Source: Octopus vulgaris
Lineage: Eukaryota
Direction of reading: 5' to 3'
NCBI GenBank assembly: GCA_951406725.2
Contig: OX597833.1
Location: 25,296,001 to 25,360,000, forward strand
Length of the DNA stretch: 64,000 nt
The position numbers and the translations under genes are program-made. Shown here one piece after another: positions 26,560 through 38,211 of this stretch (its first letter is position 1; the number at the start of each line of letters is the position of its first letter). The notes below the pieces were generated by a model, which was not told where the DNA came from, did not search any database, and was given only the letters and a program-made list of their open reading frames with translations.

Positions 26560-27350
26560 TTTCTTTGTTTTCTTCTTTCTTTTTCCTTGTTTTCTTCGTT
26601 CTTTCATTCTTTCTTCATTTCTTTTCTTCTTTCTTTCTTTTCTTCCTTGTTTTCTTCTTTCTTCCTTCCTTCCTTTCTCTCTTTATAGTCTCTCTCTCTC
26701 TCTCTCTCTCTCCCCCATGCAAAACCTGCAACACTCTCGCCCCACTCGCTTTCTTATATGCATTCTTCATTCTTACTAACATATTTTCGTTGAAAGGCTT
26801 CCATTTACCAACAGGCTCCCTGATGCCTTATCACACTCATCGTAATTTTCCCGCCATATTCAGCCCCGCATCCTCCTCCACAGATACCCTCACATAACAG
26901 GATTGTCTTCATCCCCGCTTTATTGCAAAAATCTCCCCCACCCACTCTTATTACACCCCCTAACCCATACCGACACACAGCGTTTTTGCTAGGGAACAAA
27001 TGTTTATAGAGTCAGCCTTATAATGAACAATAACACGCAGCCCTACACACACTCACACACGAACAGATATTTACAAGTGGTGGGTGTATCTGTATGTATA
27101 TGTAACGGGTGTGTATACGTATGCATCATATATCTGAGCTATATTTGCATTTGAGCGACTTCTTAAAAAAGACAAAAACAAAAGAATCAACAAAAAAAAC
27201 TTATTTTCAATTTTCTTAATATGTCAAAAATACGGTGATCCACAACAAATATGTGTGTGTGTGTGTGTGTGTAGACATATATATATATATATATATATAC
27301 ATATATGCATTCTTTCGCTCTTTTCTATAAATATGTGCCTGTGTGTTTGT

Positions 27351-27421
<71 letters not shown>

Positions 27422-27779
27422 TACATAAATAAATGTGCGTGTGTGAGAGTGTATGAGCATTAATACATATGAGCACACGAATATGCATTTGTAAACACCT
27501 ACGTAGATGTACTGCATCACATCACCACCTAATCTTTAATGTATAAGTAAAGCCCTATAGAACAGCGAGAATTGCTAGGATTTCTCCATTTATTATATCA
27601 TTTAGAAAAGCTTGTCTTTTTACCTTTCATAATTTTTCCAGTTTTAAAAGCTTCTTAGTATATTTCTCCTACCTACACTATTGACTTCTTGTTATTGCTC
27701 ATGCCAAGCCATTATGGCAGCAATGCAGAATAGCGAATAAGTCATATATTGCAGTTCTGGACATCTTAGGTTCAATTCT

Positions 27780-28012
27780 TATTTCTTTATTGCGCACAAG
27801 GGGCTAAACATAGAGGGGTCAAACAAGGACAGACAAACGGATTAAGTCGATTACATCGATCCCAATGCGTAACTGGTACTTAATTTATCGACCCCGAAAG
27901 GAGGAAAGGCAAAGTCGACCTCGGCGGAATTTGAACTCAGAACGTAGCGGCAGATGAAATGCCGCTAAGCATTTTGTCCGGCGTGCTAACGATTCTGCCA
28001 GCCTACCGCCTT
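27780..28012 (-). mobile_element. SINE family 1, full length with 16-bp TSD
   Basis: Flanks TCTTAGGTTCAATTCT (27764-27779) and TCTTAGGTGCAATTCT (28013-28028). Confidence 0.9.
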
Positions 28013-28168
28013 TCTTAGGTGCAATTCTAACGAATATCAGCTTGAGCACGTGTCTTGGATCACAGTCTCGTGTAGCAACAATACTTGTGGCTAAAAGTGA
28101 ATGCGTGGTAAAAATATGTGAAAGATTATTTGATGGAATACATATATAATTCAATATACGTATTAGCT

Positions 28169-28307
28169 CCGCCGAGGTCGACTTTGCCTTTCATCGTTTA
28201 GGGTCGATAAATTAAGTACCAGTTGCGTACTGGGGTCGATATAATCGACAGGTCCCCTCCCCACAAAATTTCGAGCCTTGTGCCTAGAGTAGAAAGAAAA
28301 AAATAAT
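28169..28307 (+). mobile_element. 5'-truncated SINE family 1 with 15-bp TSD
   Basis: Flanks ATATACGTATTAGCT (28154-28168) and ATATACATATTAGCT (28308-28322). Confidence 0.85.
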
Positions 28308-28509
28308 ATATACATATTAGCTTGAACTGGTTGGAACTGGTTTTGCTTAATGAATATTAAAGACACAAATTTGTGTCTTTAATAGAAAGTTCCATAAGTC
28401 GAAGCAGCTCCATAAATCAAGTAGTTACATAAAAAACCAGTCCAACATCTATCATCTATTTAGCTCCAAGTTACCTTTGCTTCACGAGACACCTTTGGTC
28501 AAAGACCTT

Positions 28510-29180
28510 TCGGCTGTAACGAACCCATTCTTTGTATCTACAGATGTACTAATATTTGCAGACGACACGGCCCTGCATGACATTTTGTTGAGATGAGAAT
28601 AAGTGCTCCAAAGACTGAAATACTGGTCCCCTCCAGAAAGTATCTGCATGTTTGTAGAGCATCACTGAGGCTAGCGAAGTTTTTAGCTTTCACAAGAAAT
28701 GGAAGGCAGAAATCTGAAATGGATGTTAGAATTGTAAGTGCTGCCTGAGTAATGAATCGGCTTCACCATTCGATTCTCAGAAGAGTGGAGTTTGGTGAAA
28801 AAGTCTGACTTGTTATCTTCAATTCGGTTCCCTTGCCTATCGTCACTTAAGTTCCTAAATGTAGGTAATAGCAGAAGGTACGATCGCGAAAGCCACCGAC
28901 TGAAATGAGGTTCCTTACGAATGATCTCAGAAGTAACGACAATCAATAGAATGCTTAACTCGGTGATTAAGGGTTCTCTCTACGTCAAACCCCTAACTCC
29001 CCTCATTGAGAGTTCACGACTTTGGCACTACAGACCTGTCACCAGGATGCCTGTGGAAAGGATAGCCAGACAGATTCTGCAATCTGAGTCAGCCGACAGG
29101 AGAGGTAGTGGCAGAACACGAGCGAAATTGCTTTATGGTATGCGTAATCTCAGTTGGTCATGCATGGGAATCCAGTTGGA
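28510..29180 (+). pseudogene. Decayed RTE-clade LINE RT fragment, right arm of the inverted duplication
   Basis: DVLIFADDTAL at 28543-28575 (RT catalytic motif) and RMPVERIARQILQSESADRRGSGRTRAKL. Confidence 0.75.
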
Positions 29181-29213
29181 AAATGTAATGATAGTTGCTT
29201 CTTATTGTAGCAT

Positions 29214-29515
29214 GTGGAGGCACATGGCCTAGTGGTTAGAGCAGCGGATCGCGGTCGAGGGATCGCGGGTTTGAATCTTAGACCGGGTGATGTGTGTGTG
29301 TTTATGAGTGAAACACCTAAGCTCCACGCGGCTCCGGCAGAAGGTAATTGCGAACTTCTGCTGACTCTTTTGCCACAACTTTCTCTCACTCTTTCCTCCT
29401 GCATCTTGCAGCTCACCTGCGACGGACAGGCGTCCCGTCCAGGTGGGGAACCTATACGCCAAGGAAACCGGGAAACCGGTTCTTATGAGCCAGGTATGGC
29501 TTGAGAAGTAACAAA
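29214..29515 (+). mobile_element. tRNA-derived SINE family 3a (V-SINE-like body) with TSD
   Basis: A box TGGCCTAGTGG, B box GGTTTGAATCT, body GGAC.GGCGTCCCGTCCAGG...GAAACCGGGA. TSD CTTATTGTAGCAT at 29201-29213 and 29516-29528. Confidence 0.8.
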
Positions 29516-30164
29516 CTTATTGTAGCATATGGAGGCGGTGCTTGAGTAGTCTGCACTCACGACTTTCCCCATGGGTAACGGATGATTGAAATGGTTGAAA
29601 TGTGCTGCATTTAAAACTAGGTTATCAAGTATAATCTTATTTCTCACTGAACCTCCCTCGATGTATAATTTGAATCATTTAAATAAAAGCCTGTATTGGT
29701 AACTATATGCTAAAATCACTAATATTAACTTATGTAATCACCCAATGGATATTCGCGCAACTAACGGTGAATGTATCCGAAACGCATAACACTTGGTGTT
29801 ACACGCATTTGAATATAATTTCAAAGTTTGGTTATATTAAGTATGAAAATCAGCTAGGATAGAGATAATTTATTATATAGAATTTTCTCATATAGAATTA
29901 AATAATATAATTCCTATATGGCATTCATTGGAATGTTCGTAGTTGCATTTTATAATATTTGTCAGACATTAATTTCTAAATCTACACAATTTGCTGATTT
30001 TGAGATATTGGCATTACATTCACACGCACACAGACAGAGAGACAGACTCAGACACATATAGAAAATGCTTACATAGTGGGGTGAGTGTGTAAGTGTATAT
30101 ATGTGCATGCATCTATATATTGTCCGTAGATAAATATTCATATGTATATATATAAACATATATA

Positions 30165-30220
<56 letters not shown>

Positions 30221-30271
30221 AATATATGTATATATATATATACATATATATATGTATATATTTATATATAC

Positions 30272-30314
<43 letters not shown>

Positions 30315-30508
30315 ATGCATATATTTATATATATATGTATATATATATCTTATATATATATGTATGAATATATGTATATATATATATGTGTGTGCGTGTG
30401 TGTGTGCGTACATATATAACATATTATATTATATATATATATATACATATGTATATATATATATATATATATATATCGAGCATTAAAAGAGAGTGACTCT
30501 CTCCAGAC

Positions 30509-30576
<68 letters not shown>

Positions 30577-31560
30577 GGGAGAAAGAGGGAGTAAAAAGGT
30601 TGATAAATTGGTAAAGCATACTGTATATAAACATATACATGCATACATATTTTCATATGCATGCAGACACACATACACACACACATGCATACGCACACGC
30701 AAACATGAATATATTCATGCACGTATATAGAGAAACGTATACACACGAACGCGTGTATGCATATATGTATGTGTAAATCTAACTCACCAATCCCAACATT
30801 TTCGTAACATTACCCAAGCGAAATCTTCAACGTGAAATTCGTTCAAGTGTTCATCTTTACATTCGTATTTTATTAATCAATTATTCCCATAAACCACTGC
30901 TCAGAATCCCCCGGTACATTGCCTGTCTTAAGCAGACACGCACACACACAAAATTATACACATATTTACACACACTCATACTCATACACTTATTCATAAG
31001 CAACGTCACACATATTACATACACAGACACACACACACGCACACACACGCGCGCGACAACACACAAACACACACACACACACACTTTCTTATTTATTGCT
31101 CAAAAGCCAGTTGGCAGGGCCGTCAGGGGGTCGTAGAAAACAGCTTTCACTACTTATTATGAACTTTGCAATCTGGGTTTGAATCACGCGTTGATCAACT
31201 TTGAGTTTCCTCTTTTCGGTGTGATAAGTAAAAGCGCCTGTCTAGGGCCATGGTGAGTTTGATTGAATTGTCAGAGCGTCAGACAAGATTCCTTGAAATA
31301 TCAATTGCATCAATACGTTTTTTTGAATTCTATAGTGGTACACATATTCCGTAGACTATGAATGCGTTTAGAGAAATTATTATCAACCGGGATCCATATT
31401 TGGCAAAATGAAAACCATGCTGATCATGCTACTTGGAAGCGTGTGAAATTTCGGTTTCAGACAAATGGCTTTTGAATAAACAAAATAAGCTAGTCATTAA
31501 CTTTAATCACACGATACTTCGAATTTAAATTCTTTTACAAAAGAATCAGAGATGTAACTG

Positions 31561-31886
31561 CGTCTTCTACTATAGCCTCGGGTCGACCAAAGCCTTGTGA
31601 GTGGATTTGATAGATGGACACTGAAAGAAGCCCATCATATATATGTATATGTATGTATGTGTGTGTATATGTTTGTGTGTCTGTGTTTGTCTCCCCAACA
31701 TTTCAGAGTATGGACAAACCGATGCTGGTGTGTTTACGTCCCCGCAACTTAGTGGTTCGGCAAAAGAGACGGATAGAATAAGTACTAAGCTTACAAAGAA
31801 TAAGTCCTGGGGGCGATTTTCTCGACTAAGGGCGATGCTCCAGCATGGCTGTAGTCAAATGACTAAAACAAGTAAAGAGTAAAAAA
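31561..31886 (+). mobile_element. SINE family 2, 5'-truncated
   Basis: GTCTTCTACTATAGCCTCGGG...CAGCATGGCTGTAGTCAAATGACTAAAACAAGTAAAGAG. Confidence 0.85.
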
Positions 31887-32672
31887 GTAATAGTCCAGAT
31901 TCAACGGCCGGCTCCATCTCTGTATTTCAGGAATTTTGCCTTAATATTCTAAAATAAATGTCATAATAAATATTCATTTATATTTTATTTTAATTATGCA
32001 TGTAAATATATGCATATATTTATATATGAACGGGTGTGTATGAATCCCCTGCTCTCTCTCTGTTTCTCCCCCCCTCTCTCTCTCTCTCTCTCTGACTATG
32101 TGTAGATATACATATGTGTGTGTGTGCCTGTTATGTGGCTGTGTGACCACTTATGCGTATGCAAATCTCTGCATCTATGTTTATGTGCATTTACACACAA
32201 ATGGCTATATATATATATATTTATTTACTATTTTTGTACTGGTATACCTGTCTCTAAACATGCATGTGGATATAAGGACACCCATGTAAACATATGTGGG
32301 TGTCTGTTATTATCTTCCTGAGCGTATATTATTCGTTGCAATTATTCTGTTTTAAAAAGAAATGTATTATATCATATATGGTTCGGGAAGTAATCAAGTC
32401 TGTATTTAATTATTCTTCGCAACACACATATACCTCATTTAAATGGATCTTTAGGAGATTTGAGATGCCGCCTGGGCACTCACTTCTGAGGGTAATCGTT
32501 CTTATAGCAGATAAAGCTGTAGCCTAATGAAACTAAGATACTTGCGTTGTTTTGTTATTCATGTATTTATATTACGTTCAATACTCACCTAATGCTTTAT
32601 TCTCAAGAATATGCATAAGCTATTTCTCACAACTTATTAGTATCGCAAAGCCAAAGCATAATTATATATATA

Positions 32673-33830
32673 CTAGCAGCATGGGCCCGACGTTGCCCGG
32701 GTATATAGATGCCCCTAGAAGGCAACGACTAATCCCAATCTAGTCCTTTCCCTCTAGGGAACGAAGGCGCATGTGTAGGTTGCAATGTCTTCTCTTCACT
32801 CCCAAATACCTATCAAACAGCTATCGATAATTCAACCCAACCAATTCCTACCAGGAAGAAATTACATTCGAGACTTTACCCCCAACAACGCCACTTCTGC
32901 TAATAGCTGCTGCAGCCGCAAGTTATTCGAATACTTTTTTTGTTTACACTTTCTTTATAACTACCATCCCAAACGTTTTACCTTAAATTTTTGACGTACC
33001 CTAAGCGTCCTCGGACGCTACTTGCAAACTCTTGGTTTATTATAAACCGCTTTTGTCGTGTGCATCAAAAAACCTTTTCCATTTGTTTGTTCAGTTTGGT
33101 CACTTTTGACTTTTTCGTTGTTGTCACTCATCGCTGCCCGCTTTTTTGCCGTTTTTGTACATTTTTATACATTTTGGGATACTTACCCCACGTGTTCCGA
33201 GAGTTAAAAAAGTCGAGTTGCGTCCCCTAGACAGTCTCTGGTTTGTGTTTAATACACAAATCGGTTTGCTATGTGTGCCACATATGATTTAATTAACCGA
33301 TTTTTTCCAGTAATAAAGTATCCTATTGGAATAAAAAGGGCCATATAGCTTCTTGGAGCAGACATGATGCTCGCTGTGAATTAAAAAAAAATTCCTGCCA
33401 ATTTGTGAAAGATATTGTCGAAAATATGTCATTTTGAATTTGAACGCAATTTCCCAAAATGGCATGATTTTATCGATTTTTTTCTGATGGTAAGGTATTG
33501 CATGGAAAACTAACGTCAGAATTAAGTTTCTTAGGTAACATTAAGCTTCATCATGAGTTTGGTGAAAATCGATTGCAAGTTTCGAAAACTACAACAGAAA
33601 ATGTGTTGCATATAAAAAGCTTAGATTCTCGACCCCATGTCGAATTTATCAATTTTTTTCAGAACTGGGGGAACTTTTCAAAATTTCCGCTGCGTTAGTT
33701 TTGAATTATGACATTGGGCTATGTGTGTGTCAAGTTTCATCAGAATCGGTTGAAACCCGTGGTCAGGGTGAGGGTACAACCTGACAGACACACAGACACA
33801 CAGACAGACAAACTGCCGTTTATATATATA
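32673..33830 (-). mobile_element. Non-autonomous Helitron, second family
   Basis: Minus-strand 3' end CCCGGGCAACGTCGGGCCCATGCTGCTAG|T. The 5' end (TA)nAAACGGCAGTTTGTCTGTCTG carries a GTCT-type microsatellite. Confidence 0.8.
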
Positions 33831-34040
33831 TATATATATACATAAACACGAGTCATGTTGTGCCCTGTATTCCCGTAGTAAAATAACTAATGCTTTGGTG
33901 TTAGTTCTATGTAGGATTTCTTTCTACGTGTTCGCCACTCGCCAGATGCCTGATAAAGTTTTCTGGATACAGAAGTTGCAATACAGTTCTATATTTAAGG
34001 GATTACATTAGTTACGTTTGTCCGCATCATGTTTGTTGTT

Positions 34041-34086
34041 AACACAACATTTCGACTGATATACCTTCAGGCCTTCATCAGGTGTC
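34041..34086 (-). ncRNA. Minimal type I hammerhead ribozyme motif
   Basis: GACAC-CTGATGA-A-GGCCTG-AAGGTATAT-CAGTC-GAAA-TG-T-T-GTGTT. Confidence 0.75.
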
Positions 34087-34136
34087 TTGGGGAAATTTCT
34101 AACCTGGGTTCTTATTCCTAAGGTACTGTTCGATGA

Positions 34137-34198
<62 letters not shown>

Positions 34199-34201
<3 letters not shown>

Positions 34202-34610
34202 GTTTGACTTTTGCTTTATATTTGTACAAGTTGGCTCCAAGTCTCACTCAGAGACCTCAAGAGGCAACAGGTTGGAAGTTCGTATTGTTGTTATGCCTAG
34301 TGTGCCATATATTTGGTTTTGTATTTAGTGTTGTACTAGTGAATGCCTGAAAAAAAAACGAAAAAAAAAAAAAAAAGTTATGTTTGTTTTTAAAACTTGA
34401 GGTTACATAGAAAGTATTTTGCGTAGGATATGAGCAGTTCCCATGAGCACTATCTTTTGAATTTCTGCCATTTTGGGGTTTCCCGGTATCTGAGTTAGGT
34501 AGTGATCAGCCCCTTTTGCTATCATTCCCAGGGCACCTATGACAACAGGTATTGTTTTAGTCTTCAGGTTCCACATTTTGCTGATTTCTATTTCAAGATC
34601 TTTATATTTG

Positions 34611-34613
<3 letters not shown>
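34199..34613 (-). mobile_element. 5'-truncated R4/Dong-clade non-LTR retrotransposon in (AAT)n
   Basis: ORF end plus ~200-bp 3' UTR, with (ATT)n on both sides (34138-34198 and 34614-34697). Confidence 0.85.

Positions 34614-34615
<2 letters not shown>
34403..34615 (-). pseudogene. C-terminus of the restriction-like endonuclease domain of an R4/Dong ORF
   Basis: SKYKDLEIEISKMWNLKTKTIPVVIGALG...IQKIVLMGTAHILRKIL* matches the KY..L...W...P.VIGALG motif. The ATG is a junction artefact. Confidence 0.85.
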
Positions 34616-34697
<82 letters not shown>

Positions 34698-34698
<1 letters not shown>

Positions 34699-34769
34699 GG
34701 GTCTGCCTGGAATCGAACTCGGTATCTTGGGGTTAGTAGCCCGCGCTCTTAACCATTAGCCATATGCCC
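34698..34769 (-). promoter_or_regulatory. tRNA-derived Pol III internal promoter (SINE head; not a functional tRNA)
   Basis: GGGCATATGGCTAATGGTTAAGAGCGCGGGCTACTAACCCCAAGATACCGAGTTCGATTCCAGGCAGACCCG: A box TGGCTAATGG, B box GAGTTCGATTCC, poor acceptor stem. Confidence 0.75.
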
Positions 34770-35099
34770 ATTGCCTATAATGTAAATAATGTAAATAATG
34801 TACAGAAGTTACAGTTCTCGAGGTTTACTGCGGTTACTTTATTTACTCATGTCTCGCGCGGAAAGAGTAGAGTGGAAAGAAAGGTAGACCGGGAAACGAG
34901 GACCATGGTATCGTAGCCGAAATGATTATTTAGAAAGAATCTCTTGTTCTGTCATTTGAAATATTTGCTCCTCGGTATCTGAATTGGGATGTTGTGGTTA
35001 GTTGTTCGTTTTGAACAGAGAAAATAGCAAGGTGGGCGTATTGGGCAGTGTGCCACTGAAAAATGACATAAGTTTTGCTGACAGTTTAACGGCAGCTGA

Positions 35100-35270
35100 C
35101 AAGGGGCTTTCAGGGTATGAACAACCAGAATACAATCATAAGTGTTCTGTTGCTAAAGTATCCGTTCAGATTTAATTTCGGTGGTAGCTTGTAACTTTCT
35201 AGTGTTGAGAAGTCTGCCATCAAGTCGTAAGGTAATAATGACTCTTATCCCACTTTCTGTGATAGTCTTG
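35100..35270 (-). pseudogene. Decayed RTE-clade RT fragment
   Basis: GIRVIITLRLDGRLLNTRKLQATTEI resembles the G..I.YR.DG.LFN.RRL.A.TK motif. Confidence 0.6.
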
Positions 35271-35505
35271 TCATACAAATTGCACAAGTGAGGAAGGTAA
35301 TACATTCTACAGCTGACTGCACACACACATACACACACACACACACACGAAATCGAACTTTTACATACGCAAACATATATACGTGTGTGTGTATGTATAT
35401 ATATATAAATACACGTATTTATACAAACATAAATCTGTGTGTGTGTGTGTGTGATTGTGCATACATATACATATATGCATACACATATATACATATACAT
35501 AAATA

Positions 35506-35857
35506 TCGTCGGTTACGATGCCGGGAGTGCCAGTTAATCTGAATAACGGAACAGCCCGTTCGTGAAATTAACGTGCAAGTGGCTGAGCACTCCACAGACA
35601 CATGTACCCTTAACGTAGTTCTCGGGGAAATTCAGCGTGACACAGAGTGTGACAAGGCTGGCCATTTGAAATACAGGTAGAACAGAAAGAGAAAGAAGGG
35701 TGAAAGAAAGTTGTGGTGAAAGAGTACCCACCCGCTGCAGGAGCCACGAGGAGCGTTAGGTGTTTTCGCTCAATAAACATTCACAACGCCCGGTTTGGGA
35801 ATCGAAACCGCGATCATACGAATCCGCTGCCCTAACCACTGGGCCATTGCGCCTCCA
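35506..35857 (-). mobile_element. tRNA-derived SINE family 3b (same head as 29214, different tail)
   Basis: TGGAGGCGCAATGGCCCAGTGGTTAGGGCAGCGGAT...GGTTTCGATTCC...AAACACCTAA.GCTCC...CCACAACTTTCT shared with 29214-29390. Confidence 0.8.
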
Positions 35858-35870
35858 CTACATACATATG

Positions 35871-35939
35871 TAAATTTTGATATTAACACCCGTGCCATTT
35901 TTACTGAGAAAAAAAATTACGGCAGACTACAGAGACTGC

Positions 35940-36020
<81 letters not shown>

Positions 36021-36150
36021 AAGGTCTATACTATCCCAGACTTGGAGCTCCCGGTCGAAGCACAACCGTTTCCTCTCCACGTGACTCTCGGTAGTCTTCC
36101 GTAATTTTTTTCCTTAGTAAAAATTGTGCGAGGGTTAATATCAAATTTTA
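35871..36150. mobile_element. Foldback / MITE-like element with ~65-bp inverted arms around (TA)n
   Basis: 35871-35935 and 36086-36150 are imperfect reverse complements. Confidence 0.65.
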
Positions 36151-36184
36151 CCCATATACATACATACATACATACATGCATACA

Positions 36185-36217
<33 letters not shown>

Positions 36218-36254
36218 TTACACACACACACACACACATACACACTCATGTACA

Positions 36255-36540
36255 TCTCTTATTATAAAAGGCAGATTTTATCTGCCTCCCTTTGGAAGTT
36301 ATACAAATCTACAATATAGGATTTCTTCAATTAAAATTTACCTAGCATTTTTAAGAGTACAATGCATCGCGTCATGCCAGGTCCAGTTTTTAAAATTTAA
36401 ACTCCAATTAAGCAAAATTTACAGAAAACTCACATTCTGGTGTGTGTGTCAAATGCTTTTCTTAGTCTGGTTTACACCACACGCAAACGCACACACACAG
36501 TGGGCAACGAATAAAATGAAAGTAATTCACTTACTGTAGT
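36255..36540 (+). mobile_element. Helitron 5' portion (same family as 3292-4951)
   Basis: A|TCTCTTATTATAAAAGGCAGATTTTATCTGCCTCCC..., near-identical to the reverse complement of ~4680-4951. Confidence 0.85.
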
Positions 36541-36628
36541 GAGTAATTCTTTCACTCTGCCTCCCACTTCCTCTTTCCACACATGGACACGCAAATATAT
36601 AAATAAAATTGTAAGCTAACGTGCGTGT

Positions 36629-36659
<31 letters not shown>

Positions 36660-36767
36660 CGTGTGTGTGTGTGTGAGGGTGCGTGTGTGTGTGTGTGTGT
36701 GTGCGTGAGTGTGTGACAGGAAAGTTTTTTACGACGAATATAAGACCTATATCCAAGTAGCAGAAAG

Positions 36768-37032
36768 ATAAGACAGTAAGGTGTGACTTGAGGGAGATTT
36801 GGCTGCTATTTCTACCATGTCTAGCTGCCATGTAGGGGTCTCCCTCATAGGCTCATACATACATATATACATAGATAAGACAGTAAGGTGTGATTTGGGG
36901 GAAATTTGGCTGCTATTTCTACCAGGTCTAGCTACCATGTAGAGGTCCCCCTCATTGGCTCATATATATATACATACATAAGACAGTAAGGTGTGATTTG
37001 AGGGAGATTTGGCTGCTGTTTCTACCAGGTCT
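36768..37032. repeat. Tandem ~105-bp repeat, 2.5 units
   Basis: ATAAGACAGTAAGGTGTGA.TTG.GGGA.ATTTGGCTGCT.TTTCTACCA.GTCT starting at 36768, 36875 and 36978. Confidence 0.9.
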
Positions 37033-37104
37033 GTTAGGCCTTCTCATGTAAACTCAAGCTTTCTCATGCCTTGAACATAAGACCAAAGCAGAGAATGTAT
37101 TCTT

Positions 37105-37310
37105 TTATTCTTCTGCTTTTTCCAGCCATTGGTCTGTGGCCATGCTGGGGCAATGCCTTGAAGAATTGTAGTTTAATGAATCAACTCCAGTTTTATTTTT
37201 GTAAGCACTGTACTTATTCTATCTGTTTCCTTTGTCAAACCACTAGGTGACAGGGATGTAAACAAACCAACATTCGTTGTCAAGCAGTGGTGGAGGACAA
37301 TCACAAGCAC
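37105..37310 (-). mobile_element. SINE family 2, 3' part
   Basis: TGTGGCCATGCTGGGGCA...GTACTTATTCTATC...GTTGTCAAGCAGTG. Confidence 0.75.
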
Positions 37311-37352
37311 AGACACGCACACACACACACATACATGCATACACATATACAC

Positions 37353-37383
<31 letters not shown>

Positions 37384-37399
37384 TGTGTGTATATATATA

Positions 37400-37721
37400 T
37401 TGCAGCGTGGAAGGTGTTTGTAAGCCATTTAAGAAACACACAAAAACCGTTACATTCACTTCAAAATTTAAATTTAATTTGCCAAAATATTTTCGTCGCT
37501 TTGAGACCGCGACCTGTTCACTGACAAAAATATCGTGCTAACAGGTCGCGGTCTCAAAGCGATAAAATATTTTGACAAATTAAATTTAAATGTTGAAGTG
37601 AATCTAACGGTTTTTGTGTGTTTCTTAAATGGCATATAAACACCTTCAACGCTGCAACTGTTTTCGTTCCAGCACACGATCTCAGATCAAGTCACTTGCT
37701 ATGCAAGTACATCTCTGTAAC
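37400..37721. mobile_element. PLE-like element with ~118-bp inverted arms and an HHR
   Basis: 37400-37518 and 37540-37657 are reverse complements with a few mismatches. The right arm extends to 37721. Flanked by (TA)n. Confidence 0.75.
37478..37528 (-). ncRNA. Minimal type I hammerhead ribozyme, G3:C8 core variant
   Basis: TTTGTCA-GTGAACA-G-GTCGC-GGTCTCAAA-GCGAC-GAAA-ATAT-T-T-TGGCAAA. Confidence 0.7.
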
Positions 37722-37819
37722 TATATATATTTATATATATATATATATGTATATTGGTAAAAACAGTAAGATAACAAAAGAAAGAAAGAGACCTCAATAT
37801 TATGTAAATAGAGGAAATT

Positions 37820-38211
37820 TTTATATATAAAAGTGAGGTTGTGTGTCTGCTCCTACGATTTAGATTCCTAACTACTCCCACATTTTGCGGTGCAGTTTAA
37901 CCAAAACCGGGTATCTTATAGTCGTGATTCATATCGAGACCGTCTGGGTATTAGCACACGTCTACGATGAGTCTACGATTTAAAAAAAAATTTACCATCA
38001 TCTTTTCCCATTTTTAATCCATTTTTGACATATATAAGGGAAGTAACTCTCTAAAATTTATTATTAAATCTCAGAACGTAAAAAGCTACAGTAACACCCC
38101 TCCCCCTTTGTGGTTAGCCATATTGAGATGGCTATTATACTTTACATCTCTAAAAATGCTTATATAATTATTTCCCTTACAAACCCGAGCAACGCCGGGC
38201 GATACTGCTAG
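37820..38211 (+). mobile_element. Short non-autonomous Helitron (~390 bp)
   Basis: 5' (T)TTATATATAAAAGTGAGG; the 3' end CCCGAGCAACGCCGGGCGATACTGCTAG|T is identical to that of 3292-4951. Confidence 0.8.

Larger units (their letters stand above)
33983..34803 (-). mobile_element. Composite tRNA-head / (AAT)n / R4-Dong / HHR element, copy 1
   Basis: tRNA-like head 34769-34698, (AAT)n, Dong 3' end, (AAT)n, HHR 34086-34041, tail to 33983, inverted tail stub 34778-34803. Homologous to 41062-41472. Confidence 0.8.

Noticed and set aside
34698-34769. tRNA gene
   Set aside because: The acceptor stem does not pair well and it runs into (AAT)n within a repeated element, so it is treated as a SINE head.
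36768-37032. CRISPR-like repeat-spacer pattern
   Set aside because: The units are ~105-bp tandem duplicates without unique spacers, in a eukaryotic context with no cas genes.
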